Shown in pieces: positions 29,423-38,852 of a DNA stretch of 64,000 nt. The position numbers were made by a program, and so were the translations under genes. The first letter of the stretch is position 1. Each line of letters opens with the position of its first letter. The notes beneath the pieces were generated by a model that was not told the DNA's origin, made no database searches, and was given only the letters and a program-made list of their open reading frames with translations. Source of the DNA: Planctomycetota bacterium (GTDB lineage Bacteria > Planctomycetota > JAJSAM01 > JAJVHW01); the NCBI GenBank assembly GCA_965248445.1, contig CBDFJG010000004.1, positions 1,088,001 through 1,152,000 of the forward strand, given 5' to 3'.

Positions 29423-30751
29423 ATGGCGATCGACGTCAGTAAGCAGATCGTGAAGGCGGACACGGCCTTCAAGAGCCGCAAGTACGACCTGGCCATCGAG
29501 ATCTACCTGCAGGCCCTGCAGATCGACCCCGACAACCGCAACGGACGGCGCGGCGTCCGGCTGGCGGCCCTCAAGAAGCACGAGCACTCGTATCCGAGCG
29601 CGTTCTCGATCAAGCTCGGGACAGCCGGCGCGCGGGTGGGCATGGCGAACCCGAGCATCGAACGGCGCCTGCCGTCGTACGAGAACTACCTGCGTGTCGA
29701 CCCGAAGCACACGGGCATCGCCTACAAGCTGGCGGAGGCTCTCGAGAAGGCGGGCTACGCGAACGGCGCCATCGGCGTGTACGAGGCCATGATCACGCAC
29801 GCGCCGAAGGAGGAGGCCGCGTACGTGAACCTCGGCCGCCTGCTGGGCGGCAACGACGTCGAGAGAGCGATCGAGCACCTCGAGCGAGCGCTGCAGGTGA
29901 ACCCGAAGAACCAGCAGGCCATTAAGCTGCGCAAGGACCTGGCGGCAGAACTCTCGATCAAGAAGACGGGTTTCGAGACGGCGCGCACCACGCACGACCT
30001 GCTCCGCAACAAGGACCAGGCGCAGCAACTGAACGAGGCGGATCGCCTGCAGCGCGTCGGCACGGAGGGCACCGACTACATCGGTCGGATCAAGGGGCAA
30101 CTCGCCGAGAAGCCGGGCGACAAGGTCCTGCTGCGCAAGCTGGCGACGGCGCACGCGCAGGCGCAGGACTTCGAAGCGGCCGAGGAGACGTGGGGCCAGC
30201 TCATCGAGTCCGACCCGACCGACTTCGACGCGCGCGTCAAGCTCGGCGACCTTCGCATCAGCAGGGCCCACCGCGCGCATCTGGCGGCGAAGCAGTCAGG
30301 CGACGAGGCCAAGACCAAGGAGATGGCCACGACGCTGCGGACGATCCGGATCGCCGAGTACCGCACCCGCGTTGCCGAGCACCCGACCGACCTGGGCCTC
30401 CGCTTCGAGCTGGGCAAGGCCCTGCTCACGGGCGGTGACATCGACGACGCAATCGGGGAGTTCCAGAAGTCGGTCAAGGACCCCCGCAAGCGCTTCGACA
30501 GCCTCAGCCTCCTGGGCGAGTGCTTCCTGCGGAAGAAGCTCTGGGATCTGGCCGCACGGCAGCTCGAGCGGGCCCTCGCCGAGAGCCCTGGTTTGAACTC
30601 GGACCAGGGGAAGAGGGTCGTCTATAACCTCGGGATTCTCCGCGAGAAGCAGGGTCAGAACGACCAGGCACGGGAGCATTTCCTCCAGATCTACGAGGTG
30701 GACGTCTCGTACCGGGACGTGGCCGACAAGGTCACGGCGCTCTCCGGCTGA
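29423..30751 (+). CDS. Tetratricopeptide repeat protein
   Basis: GGAGAG RBS and multiple TPR consensus helices (ALQIDPDN, ALQVNPKN, LGECFL). Confidence 0.85.
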   Translation: MAIDVSKQIVKADTAFKSRKYDLAIEIYLQALQIDPDNRNGRRGVRLAALKKHEHSYPSAFSIKLGTAGARVGMANPSIERRLPSYENYLRVDPKHTGIAYKLAEALEKAGYANGAIGVYEAMITHAPKEEAAYVNLGRLLGGNDVERAIEHLERALQVNPKNQQAIKLRKDLAAELSIKKTGFETARTTHDLLRNKDQAQQLNEADRLQRVGTEGTDYIGRIKGQLAEKPGDKVLLRKLATAHAQAQDFEAAEETWGQLIESDPTDFDARVKLGDLRISRAHRAHLAAKQSGDEAKTKEMATTLRTIRIAEYRTRVAEHPTDLGLRFELGKALLTGGDIDDAIGEFQKSVKDPRKRFDSLSLLGECFLRKKLWDLAARQLERALAESPGLNSDQGKRVVYNLGILREKQGQNDQAREHFLQIYEVDVSYRDVADKVTALSG

Positions 30752-30787
30752 CGGCCGCCGAAAGACAGCTACACAGGACAACCCCAC

Positions 30788-31069
30788 ATGGCCCACACAC
30801 GTCACCGCAAGAAGACGCTCCGCAAGGCCGAGGCAGCACGCCTCAAGAACCGCGCCGAGCGCTCCGACATGCGTACCGCCGTCAAGAAGTCGCTCGGTTC
30901 CGCGGGGGCAAGCGAGGGGAACGAGGGGGGCGCTGACGACGCCGAAGCATCGTTGCGGGCAGCCACCAAGCGCCTCGACAAGGCCGCGAAAAAGGGTCTC
31001 ATCCACAAGAACACCGCCTCGCGGGCCAAGAGCCGGCTCGCCCGCGCGAAGAACGCCGCCGTCAAGTAG
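30788..31069 (+). CDS. rpsT: 30S ribosomal protein S20
   Basis: RLKNR...S.MRTAVKK...LDKAAKKGLIHKNTASRAKSRL. Confidence 0.96.
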   Translation: MAHTRHRKKTLRKAEAARLKNRAERSDMRTAVKKSLGSAGASEGNEGGADDAEASLRAATKRLDKAAKKGLIHKNTASRAKSRLARAKNAAVK

Positions 31070-31116
31070 CCCCGGTCCTGAGTCTCAGCGTTGATTCATC
31101 GGGCTATCCTCGCGCC

Positions 31117-31851
31117 ATGAGCGACGCACCCGAGTTCACGCGCCAGTCGGGGTCCGCGGTCCGATTCGGCTGGGGCGCGAGCGGACTCGCCGCAGTCGGC
31201 CCGGGCAGCGACGCCATAGTGATCGTGGACGTCCTCTCGTTCGCGACGGCTGTGGACGTCGCACTCGGTCACGGCATCGCCGTCGTGCCCAGCCGATGGA
31301 GGGACGCTCGGGCCGCGGAGATCGCCGCGGAGCACGACGCCATCCTGGCGGGATCCCGCGGCGGTGAGGTCTCGCTCTCCCCGACCGCACTCGCCCGGCT
31401 GAGCGGCGTCGCGCGCATAGTGCTCCCGTCGCCGAACGGCTCGACGCTGGCGGCCGCAGCGAATGCGCTCGGGGCAGACGTGTACGTCGCCTGCCTGCGC
31501 AACGCCCATGAGGTTGCGCGGGCGATCGGCGACGCCGCCCCCACCGCCGTGATCGCTGCGGGCGAGCTCTGGCCCGACGGATCGTTGCGCCCCGCCCTCG
31601 AGGATCTGCTCGGCGCAGGCGCCGTCATCGACGGACTGGGCGGCCGGCGCTCCCCTGAGGCCGCCGCCGCCGCACACGCGTTCGCGGCGCAGCGTGGACG
31701 GGCTGCCGAACTCGTGTGGGACTGCGCCTCCGGGCGGGAGCTGCGGGAGATCGGCTACGACGGCGACGTGCGGATCGCGGGGGAGTTCGCCGCGTCCACG
31801 ATCGTGCCCCGCCTCGCGGACGGCGTGCTCGTCAGCGGTAGCGCGACATGA
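31117..31851 (+). CDS. comB: 2-phosphosulfolactate phosphatase family protein
   Basis: VIVDVLSF.T, SPNGS, ACLRNA, AGE.W, EDLLGAG, SGREL. Confidence 0.85.
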   Translation: MSDAPEFTRQSGSAVRFGWGASGLAAVGPGSDAIVIVDVLSFATAVDVALGHGIAVVPSRWRDARAAEIAAEHDAILAGSRGGEVSLSPTALARLSGVARIVLPSPNGSTLAAAANALGADVYVACLRNAHEVARAIGDAAPTAVIAAGELWPDGSLRPALEDLLGAGAVIDGLGGRRSPEAAAAAHAFAAQRGRAAELVWDCASGRELREIGYDGDVRIAGEFAASTIVPRLADGVLVSGSAT

Positions 31852-33010
31852 CCCGCTCGAAGCCCGGAAGAGCGTTGCGGATCGTCGCATCCTCCACGCA
31901 ATAGCTGATGCGCATGTGGCCGGGCCGGCCGAACCCACGGCCTGGGACCGTCAGGATGCGCTCTTCCTGCAACTCGCGTACGAACGCGACGTCGTCGGGG
32001 ATCGCGGTCTTGGGGAAGATGTAGAAAGCACCGGTCGGTTCGACGATCTCCATGCCCATCTCGCGCAGCGCGGGCAAGAGCACATCGCGCTTCTTGCGAT
32101 AGATCTCCGGGTCGATGGTCGTGCCCTGGAGTTGTGCCACAGCGCGCTGTTGAGTCGCCGGCGCGTTCACGAACCCGAGTGTCCGCGTCGCGAACGTGAG
32201 CCCGGAGACGATGTCACCGAGCCCCTCCATCCCGGGTGCGGGTGCGATGAACCCGATCCTCTCGCCCGGCATCGCGAGGTCCTTGCTGTGCGACGTCACG
32301 ACGATCGTGTCCGGGTAACTGTGGTAGATCCACGGCACCTCGACGTCGTACGCGATGTAGCGGTACGGCTCGTCGCTGATCAGGAAGATGCGCGTGCCCC
32401 GGCGCTCGGACTCCTCGGACAGGAGCGCACCGACGGCGTCGAGCGACGCGTGCGGATACGTGACTCCGGTCGGGTTGTTCGGGCTGTTGACGATGACGGC
32501 CTTGGTCCGGTCCGTGATCGCTGCGCGAATCGCGTCGACGTCCGGCAGGAAGGACTCGTCCGTCGGCACCTGGACGGTCTTGCCCCCGTGGTTGTCCACG
32601 TAGAAGACGTACTCGACGAAGAACGGCGTGAGCACGATGACTTCGTCCTCGGGGTCGAGGAGAGTCTTCATGATCACGTTGAGGCCGCCGCCTGCCCCCA
32701 CGCACATCACCACGCCGGCGCCCGTGAACGTCAGCCCCGTCTTGCTGGAGAGGTGGGCCGCCACCGCCTCCCGCACGTGGGGGTACCCGGCGTTCTGCAT
32801 GTAGCGGTGCGCCCCCCGCTCCGTGGTCCCCGCCGCGGCCGCGAGCGCGTCGATCACCTGCTTCGGCGGCTCGACCACGGGGTTGCCGAGGGAGAAGTCG
32901 TAGACGTTCTCCGCGCCGTGCTCGGCTTTGAGGCGGGCGCCCTGCTCGAACATGCGCCGGATCCAGGACGATGACTTCATCGCCTCGGCGATCTTGCGCG
33001 AGATGGGCAT
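31832..33010 (-). CDS. PLP-dependent class I/II (aspartate) aminotransferase
   Basis: NSPNNPTG, SDEPY, SHSKDLAMPGERIG, PG.GFG..GH.RISY. Confidence 0.93.
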   Translation of the reverse strand: MPISRKIAEAMKSSSWIRRMFEQGARLKAEHGAENVYDFSLGNPVVEPPKQVIDALAAAAGTTERGAHRYMQNAGYPHVREAVAAHLSSKTGLTFTGAGVVMCVGAGGGLNVIMKTLLDPEDEVIVLTPFFVEYVFYVDNHGGKTVQVPTDESFLPDVDAIRAAITDRTKAVIVNSPNNPTGVTYPHASLDAVGALLSEESERRGTRIFLISDEPYRYIAYDVEVPWIYHSYPDTIVVTSHSKDLAMPGERIGFIAPAPGMEGLGDIVSGLTFATRTLGFVNAPATQQRAVAQLQGTTIDPEIYRKKRDVLLPALREMGMEIVEPTGAFYIFPKTAIPDDVAFVRELQEERILTVPGRGFGRPGHMRISYCVEDATIRNALPGFERVMSRYR

Positions 33011-33143
33011 CAGCTCTGCTCCCCTCAAGACAGTTCATCCGACCAGTCCGTTCGCCGGCCGCCTCACCGGACACTCGCCCGGGAAGCACGAACCGCCGAG
33101 GGTACCCGAAGGCATAGGGGCGCACCGCCGGTACGATCTCAGC

Positions 33144-34376
33144 GTGCAGGTCACGACGATGCGGCGTGTGGACAGATGGCTCGGGCGGCCCCTCTGCTTC
33201 GGGCTGACCCTGCTCCGTCGCGTTCTGCCCGAGCGGGAGATCCCAGCCCGGGACGCCGTGCGACGGGTGCTCTTCGTGAAGCTGTCGGAGATGGGCGCGA
33301 TCGCGCTCGCCGCCCCGGCTTTTCGCGAGGTCCGATCCGTCTTCCCGGACGCGGAGCCGCACCTGCTCTGCTTCGAAGGGAGCGCCGAGATTGCGACGGT
33401 CGCCGGCGGGCTCCACCCGGACCAGGTCCACGTGGTCAGGACGGGAGGGCTGTTCCGGACCCTGTTCGGCCTGTTCGGCGGCGTGTGGCGCATGCGGCGG
33501 CAGCGCTTCGACGTGATCGTCGACCTCGAGTACCTCTCCCGCGTCGGCGCGGCGCTCACTTACCTGGCGCGGGCACCGGTGCGGGCCGGGTTCCACCGCT
33601 TCCTCGCAGAGGGCCTGTACTGCGGCGATCTCTACACGCACCGCGCGACGTGGAATCCGTATCTGCACGTTGCGCAGTCGATGGTCATGCTGGTTCGCGC
33701 CGCCGCGCGCAGCCCCGAAGAGAGCCCGCTCCCCAAGGAACCGGCGCCGAGTCTCTCGAAGCTGACCTTCCCGAGCTTCACGCCGACGGCCGAAGGACGC
33801 GCAACGGTCATCGCAAAGCTGCAACAGGCCGGCGTCCGGCCCGGCACGGAGCTGCTGCTCGTGAACCCGAATTCGAGCGACCTCCTGCCCCTCCGGCGAT
33901 GGCCCCGGCAGCACTTCATCGAGCTGATCCAGCAGATGCGTTCGGCGCGGCCCGCGTCCTGGATCGTGCTCACCGGCGCGCGAGACGAAGTCGAGCTCGC
34001 GAACATCATCATCGCGGAGCTCTCGACACTCCCGGGCGGGCGCGATCGCGTCTCGTCGCTCGTGGGGCAGACCTCGTTTACCGAGCTTCTGACGCTCTAC
34101 TCGATGTCGGCGATGCTGATCAGTGCCGACAGCGGCCCGCCGCACTTCGCGTCGCTCACCGACATCCTCGGGATCGCGCTGTTCGGCCCCGAGACACCGG
34201 ACTTGTACGGACCGGTCTCGCGACGCATCCGTCCGATCTCGCGCGGACTGGCGTGCAGCCCGTGCATCCACGCATGGAACCGGCGCGCGTCGTCGTGCAC
34301 GGACAACGTATGCATGCAGGAGATATCCCCACGCGTGGTCACGCAGGCCGCGCTGGCGCTGCTTGCCGACAAGTGA
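33144..34376 (+). CDS. Glycosyltransferase family 9 (heptosyltransferase-like)
   Basis: LFVKLSEMG, RRWP..HF, DSGP.HFA, LFGPE, CSPC...C..N.CM..I. Confidence 0.9.
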   Translation: MQVTTMRRVDRWLGRPLCFGLTLLRRVLPEREIPARDAVRRVLFVKLSEMGAIALAAPAFREVRSVFPDAEPHLLCFEGSAEIATVAGGLHPDQVHVVRTGGLFRTLFGLFGGVWRMRRQRFDVIVDLEYLSRVGAALTYLARAPVRAGFHRFLAEGLYCGDLYTHRATWNPYLHVAQSMVMLVRAAARSPEESPLPKEPAPSLSKLTFPSFTPTAEGRATVIAKLQQAGVRPGTELLLVNPNSSDLLPLRRWPRQHFIELIQQMRSARPASWIVLTGARDEVELANIIIAELSTLPGGRDRVSSLVGQTSFTELLTLYSMSAMLISADSGPPHFASLTDILGIALFGPETPDLYGPVSRRIRPISRGLACSPCIHAWNRRASSCTDNVCMQEISPRVVTQAALALLADK

Positions 34377-34907
34377 GGTTCCCCGGCCCTCCCGGCGATC
34401 ACACGAAGCGCTTCACCGACCGCGTCGCCAACTACGTGAAGTACCGCCCCGGATACCCGGCCGGGGTGCTCCCCCACCTGCGCACAGTGGCGGGCCTCCA
34501 GCCGGGGCAGGTGATCGCGGATACTGCGCCCGGGCGGGTTCGTGGCACTCATCTGGAACGAGCGCCGCACGGACTCGTCGGGCTTCCTGCGCGGCTACGA
34601 GTCTCTCCTGCAGCAGTACTCGCCGGAGTACCCCGTGGCGTCGATCCAGCACGAGGCCGACACGTCGCTCCGGACGTTCTTCGGTGACGCCGGGTTCGCT
34701 CTCGCGCAATTCGACAACGAACAGGTCTTCGATTACGAGTCGCTGCGCGGCCGAGCGCTCTCGAGCTCGTACTTTCCCCGCGAAGGCCACGCGAATCACG
34801 CGCCGCTCCTGGCCGAGTTGGAGGCGCTCTTCGCCGTCGAACAGAGAGACGGCCACGTCGTGTTCGAGTACGACACGCACGTCTACACCGGTGTGCCAGC
34901 ATCGTGA
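34373..34907 (+). pseudogene. Class I SAM methyltransferase with an internal deletion and frameshift
   Basis: RF.DRVANYVKYRPGYP...VIAD is joined out of frame to LRPGGFVALIWN.R. The GxGxG motif and central region are missing. Confidence 0.85.
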
Positions 34908-34938
34908 ACGCGCGGCCGGAGTCGGCTACGCTTCCAGA

Positions 34939-36138
34939 ATGAGGTCTGTCGGACTGCTGACCATCGCGCTGCTTTGCGCCGCCCCGCCGAGTCTTGGGGC
35001 AGACGACGACTTCGACAAGAAGGCGCGCACAAAGCCGATCGCGATCCACGAGATGCCGCTGCACATGTACGCGCTTCCACGCGGCAAGGAAGTCAGCGAG
35101 GCGGCCACCGCCGTCACGACCAAGATCGCGAACAAGAACATCGTGTTCGTCGACGTCGACGCGAACGGCAAGTACGACGATGCGGGCGTCGACGGCTGGG
35201 TTGTGAACGCCAAGGGCCGCAACTACATCGTCCCGATGGAGGAGTGGATCGTCGTCAAGGGGCGCCGCATCTGGCTGCGATTCGACGAGGACGGCAAGCA
35301 GGTTCTCTATCGCGAGGAGAAGCCTGTCTGGCCGAGCCGGCTGCCACGGCTCAAGGGCAAGGGCGCCGGCATCGAGCTGAGGCAGACCAAGAAAGACGTG
35401 TCTAAGGGGCTGCTCGTGTGGAACGACCTGCGGCTCCGGAACGGGCTGCCGCCGCTCTACCTGGACGAGGAGCTCACGTTCGGTTGCATCATGCACGCGC
35501 GCTACATGAGCCGGCACGGCTTGGGGCACGACGAGGACCCCGAGCTGGGGGGATTCACCGAGGAGGGGCGCACTGCCGGCAAGAGCGGCAGCGTCGGCTC
35601 ACTGTCGTCCGCGCAGGAGATCTACGGCGCGTACTCGACGCTCTACCACCGTATCTCGCTGTTCCACCCGTACACGCGGGGAGGCGGCGTCGGTGATGCG
35701 CGCAGCTTCTCCTGCTTCAACGGTACGGAGAGTCGCGCCAAGCGCAGGTGGCAATGGCCGGTCGCGGTACCCGCGGACGGGTGCGAGGACGTGCTCCTCA
35801 CCTACGCGGGCGAGCGCCCGGTGCCCCACCCCTACCTGCGCAAGCGGGGTGTGTTCACCGGTGGCGGCGGGTTCCCCATCACGCTGACGTTCGAACGTCC
35901 CGAGGTCACGGACGTCACGGCGGAACTGCGGAAGGACGGCCCCGAGGGCGCAGCCATCCCGTTCGCACTCTCTTCGCCGGAGAAGCCGGCCAACGAGACC
36001 GTGCCGACGAACTACAAGACGATCTGCCTGATGCCCCATGCGCGGCTGAAGCCGCGCACCACGTACTGGGTGCACGCCACTTGGAAGTACCGAAAGAAGC
36101 CAGGTGAACGCACCTGGTCCTTCAAGACCGGCCGCTGA
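34939..36138 (+). CDS. Secreted CAP (SCP-like) domain protein
   Basis: Signal peptide, DVDANGKYDD, N.LR..NGLPPL..D.EL..G...HA.YM...H.E, YHR, and an Ig-like tail LKPRTTY.V...W.F.TG. Confidence 0.75.
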   Translation: MRSVGLLTIALLCAAPPSLGADDDFDKKARTKPIAIHEMPLHMYALPRGKEVSEAATAVTTKIANKNIVFVDVDANGKYDDAGVDGWVVNAKGRNYIVPMEEWIVVKGRRIWLRFDEDGKQVLYREEKPVWPSRLPRLKGKGAGIELRQTKKDVSKGLLVWNDLRLRNGLPPLYLDEELTFGCIMHARYMSRHGLGHDEDPELGGFTEEGRTAGKSGSVGSLSSAQEIYGAYSTLYHRISLFHPYTRGGGVGDARSFSCFNGTESRAKRRWQWPVAVPADGCEDVLLTYAGERPVPHPYLRKRGVFTGGGGFPITLTFERPEVTDVTAELRKDGPEGAAIPFALSSPEKPANETVPTNYKTICLMPHARLKPRTTYWVHATWKYRKKPGERTWSFKTGR

Positions 36139-36237
36139 GTCCGGTGGGCTGCTGTCGCGACGGGCACTTGAGGTCCGACCCAAGGGGGCACAGAATGCGG
36201 CGGGAGGGCTCGGCATGACGCCGCAGGACATGACACC

Positions 36238-36990
36238 GTGAAGGACTTCTTCAGCAAGTTCACGTTCGGGTTCCTGATCGCTCAGGTCGTGCCCGGGGCG
36301 ATCGTCATCGTCGCGCTCACGCTGGTGTACGAACTGATCAGCGGCCCGCCACAGGCCTCGCTGCTCGGGCTGGTGGCCGAAGCGAAGCGGGACTGGGGAG
36401 CCAACACGGACAGGCGGCTGGCGTTCCTCGCGGCAGCCGTCTTCGCGGGAATGCTGGTTCACGGCCTGCACTGGACGGTGCTCGGCTTCCTGGAGACGGA
36501 GGACTTGGTTCCGGAGGACGACGAGCGGTATCCCGTGGTTCTTCCGACGTGGGTCCGCTCAGGAGTAGTCGCCGACACGTTCTGCCACCGCGCGCGTTTC
36601 GCCTACCAACTCGGATTCGCGCCCGTCAAGCTGCTGATCGAGATCGTGCTTCTGCTGATCTACGCCAGGGATCCGCGGAAGATCGCGATCGAGGAGAACA
36701 CGCACTTGATCGACAAGGACCACATGGCGCAGTTCCAGTGGTTGCAGGACTTCTACCTCCACTTCGCACAGTTCTTCGCACACACGTCCTACGCTCTCGT
36801 CACGCTGACCGCAGCAGTCATCTGGGTCGTCGCAGAACTCGGGGCGACGCCCGGTCGCATCTTTGCGGCCGCACTCTGCTACCTACTTTGCGGGCTCTGC
36901 TTCGTGATCGCGCGCGTCCAGCTGGCATCGCTGTACAAGAACGTGCGCGCTCTGCGCACACCCGAGCGCGTGCCGATGCCTCCGATCTGA
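36238..36990 (+). CDS. Hypothetical integral membrane protein
   Basis: Several hydrophobic segments and typical codon usage. Confidence 0.7.
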   Translation: MKDFFSKFTFGFLIAQVVPGAIVIVALTLVYELISGPPQASLLGLVAEAKRDWGANTDRRLAFLAAAVFAGMLVHGLHWTVLGFLETEDLVPEDDERYPVVLPTWVRSGVVADTFCHRARFAYQLGFAPVKLLIEIVLLLIYARDPRKIAIEENTHLIDKDHMAQFQWLQDFYLHFAQFFAHTSYALVTLTAAVIWVVAELGATPGRIFAAALCYLLCGLCFVIARVQLASLYKNVRALRTPERVPMPPI

Positions 36991-36996
36991 ACTCGG

Positions 36997-38682
36997 CTAC
37001 CGGCCGAAGACGCGGCCGTAGCGATAGGTCGTCTCCAGAGTCAGGCAGTTGAGCGCCGTCGAGTAGACGCGTCCGCCCTCGGCTCCCCATGGACCGATCG
37101 GATCCCACGAGCCGCGCTCGTCGCGGCCTCGGGTCATGCGCTGATGCGGCACGAGGGCAGCATCGACCGATTGCGACCAGTGCGTCCAGGATCGTCCGCC
37201 GACCTGGTACATCGCGAGCGAGCCCCAGAACCAGTAGTAGGAGTCGATCGTGCCGGCTTCGACATCCCAGCGTGCCGGCTTCTTCAGCAGCAGTTGGGCG
37301 CCCTTCTCGATGAACTCGTTCTTGGCGGGATCCTGGCCGCAGAAGATGCGGACCAGCATGCCGACGCCGGTGAGTGACTCGCTCTCGTCGGCCGGGAACT
37401 TGTCCGCCATGCCTTGGGTGCGCGCGGGCGGACCGCCGCGGCGCTGATAGCCGACGCGGCCGAACTCGGGCTCCGTCATCTTGTCGATCCACGCGAGCGC
37501 GCCCCGGAACGCACCAGCGTCCACGTCGAGTTCCGCCATCTTCGCGGATGTCAGCGCCGCGACCGCCCAGCCGGTGACGGAGGTGTCGTTGTCGCCGTCG
37601 CGTACGCCGTAGCGCCAGGCCAGATACGGGTTCTGCGACTTGTGCACGAAGTCGACCCCGCGCTGCGCCGGCTCCTTGAAGAGCCGCGAACCGCTCAGGC
37701 CGTACGCCTCGGTCATGGCGAGCGTCGCCATGAAGTTGTTGTACTGCTTCTGATAGTTGTTCTGCGGGCCGAAGCGACCCTCGCTGTCCTGGATCGACTT
37801 CAGGTAGCGCAGCGCGTTCTTGACGGTGTCCTTGTACGGCCCGCTGTTGTGGGTCTCGCCGCGGCCCAGGAACGCCAGCGTTGCGAGAGCAGTGGCGCCG
37901 GGATCGTACTGGGCTTCTCCAGGCCCGGAGCAGCGGTTCAGCTTGCACTGCGCGTGGAATCCGTCCGCATCCCAACTACCGTCCGGACTCTGGTGGTTCG
38001 CGAGCCACTCGAGTGCGAGATCGACGGCGGTCTGCTGCGACTTGACGCCAGTGCGACGCGCCACGCGCGGGTTGCCGCGCCCGCCGGTCCCGCCGCTGAC
38101 GCCAGGCGTAGTGGCGACGAACGGTGCCTTGTCGAACTCCTCGACCGGATCGGGCGGAAGCCGTGGATCGCGACGGGCTCCCGGCGGGCGTCGCCGGGGG
38201 CGGTCCTTCTCCACGTGCTCTTCACCGTGTCGACTGACGACCGGGCTCTCGAACGGCTCGTCCTCGGCGATGTCGGGGACAGTGGTGTCCGCGATCCGTG
38301 GCGGAGGCGCGCCGGCGACCGTGAGCGACGCGTGGATCTGCATCTCTCCGTAAGCGGTGGGCATGGACTCGAGGATCTTCGGTGCGAACCCGTCCTTCTC
38401 GAGACGCACCGTGTGACGTCCCTCGGCAAGCCCTGTGACTGTCAAGGGCGTCAGCCCGCGGGGGACTCCGTCCACGGTGACCATTGCGCCCTCTGGCTCG
38501 CTGAAGACGCGCAGCGTCGCGATCGCGGTCTCCTGCGAGGCGCCGGACGACGCGCGGCCGCTCAGCATCCACGCAGACGAGATCAGGGCGATGGCGACGA
38601 TGCCCGCCGCGAGGACGACGTACGCGCGTCCGCGTTCGCCGATGTCCTTGCCGCTGATGTTCTCGAATCTCGAATTCGTCAT
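36997..38682 (-). CDS. TM-PEGA-prenyltransferase/squalene-oxidase-repeat protein
   Basis: SEPEGA.V.VDG..RG.TPL.V..L..G.H.V.L.K.GF (PEGA), then the same barrel as 38853..40421. Confidence 0.88.
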   Translation of the reverse strand: MTNSRFENISGKDIGERGRAYVVLAAGIVAIALISSAWMLSGRASSGASQETAIATLRVFSEPEGAMVTVDGVPRGLTPLTVTGLAEGRHTVRLEKDGFAPKILESMPTAYGEMQIHASLTVAGAPPPRIADTTVPDIAEDEPFESPVVSRHGEEHVEKDRPRRRPPGARRDPRLPPDPVEEFDKAPFVATTPGVSGGTGGRGNPRVARRTGVKSQQTAVDLALEWLANHQSPDGSWDADGFHAQCKLNRCSGPGEAQYDPGATALATLAFLGRGETHNSGPYKDTVKNALRYLKSIQDSEGRFGPQNNYQKQYNNFMATLAMTEAYGLSGSRLFKEPAQRGVDFVHKSQNPYLAWRYGVRDGDNDTSVTGWAVAALTSAKMAELDVDAGAFRGALAWIDKMTEPEFGRVGYQRRGGPPARTQGMADKFPADESESLTGVGMLVRIFCGQDPAKNEFIEKGAQLLLKKPARWDVEAGTIDSYYWFWGSLAMYQVGGRSWTHWSQSVDAALVPHQRMTRGRDERGSWDPIGPWGAEGGRVYSTALNCLTLETTYRYGRVFGR

Positions 38683-38797
38683 GACTCATCCCTCCCCGTT
38701 GTCGGGACGGATGACGCGGCAGTCCGCGGGATGCGCTCGCGAACGCTCGGCGTCAGATGATCCGTCCGTCAACGGCCAGACTGTCCATCAACACACA

Positions 38798-38827
38798 GCG
38801 CCCCGGGAGCCAGTGCTCCCGGGGCGC
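38798..38827 (-). terminator. Intrinsic terminator-like hairpin
   Basis: GCGCCCCGGGAGC-CAGT-GCTCCCGGGGCGC perfect 13-bp stem just after the 38853 stop, followed by TGTGTGTT on the minus strand. Confidence 0.7.
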
Positions 38828-38852
38828 GTTGATCGCCTAATGGGAGCGCGGT

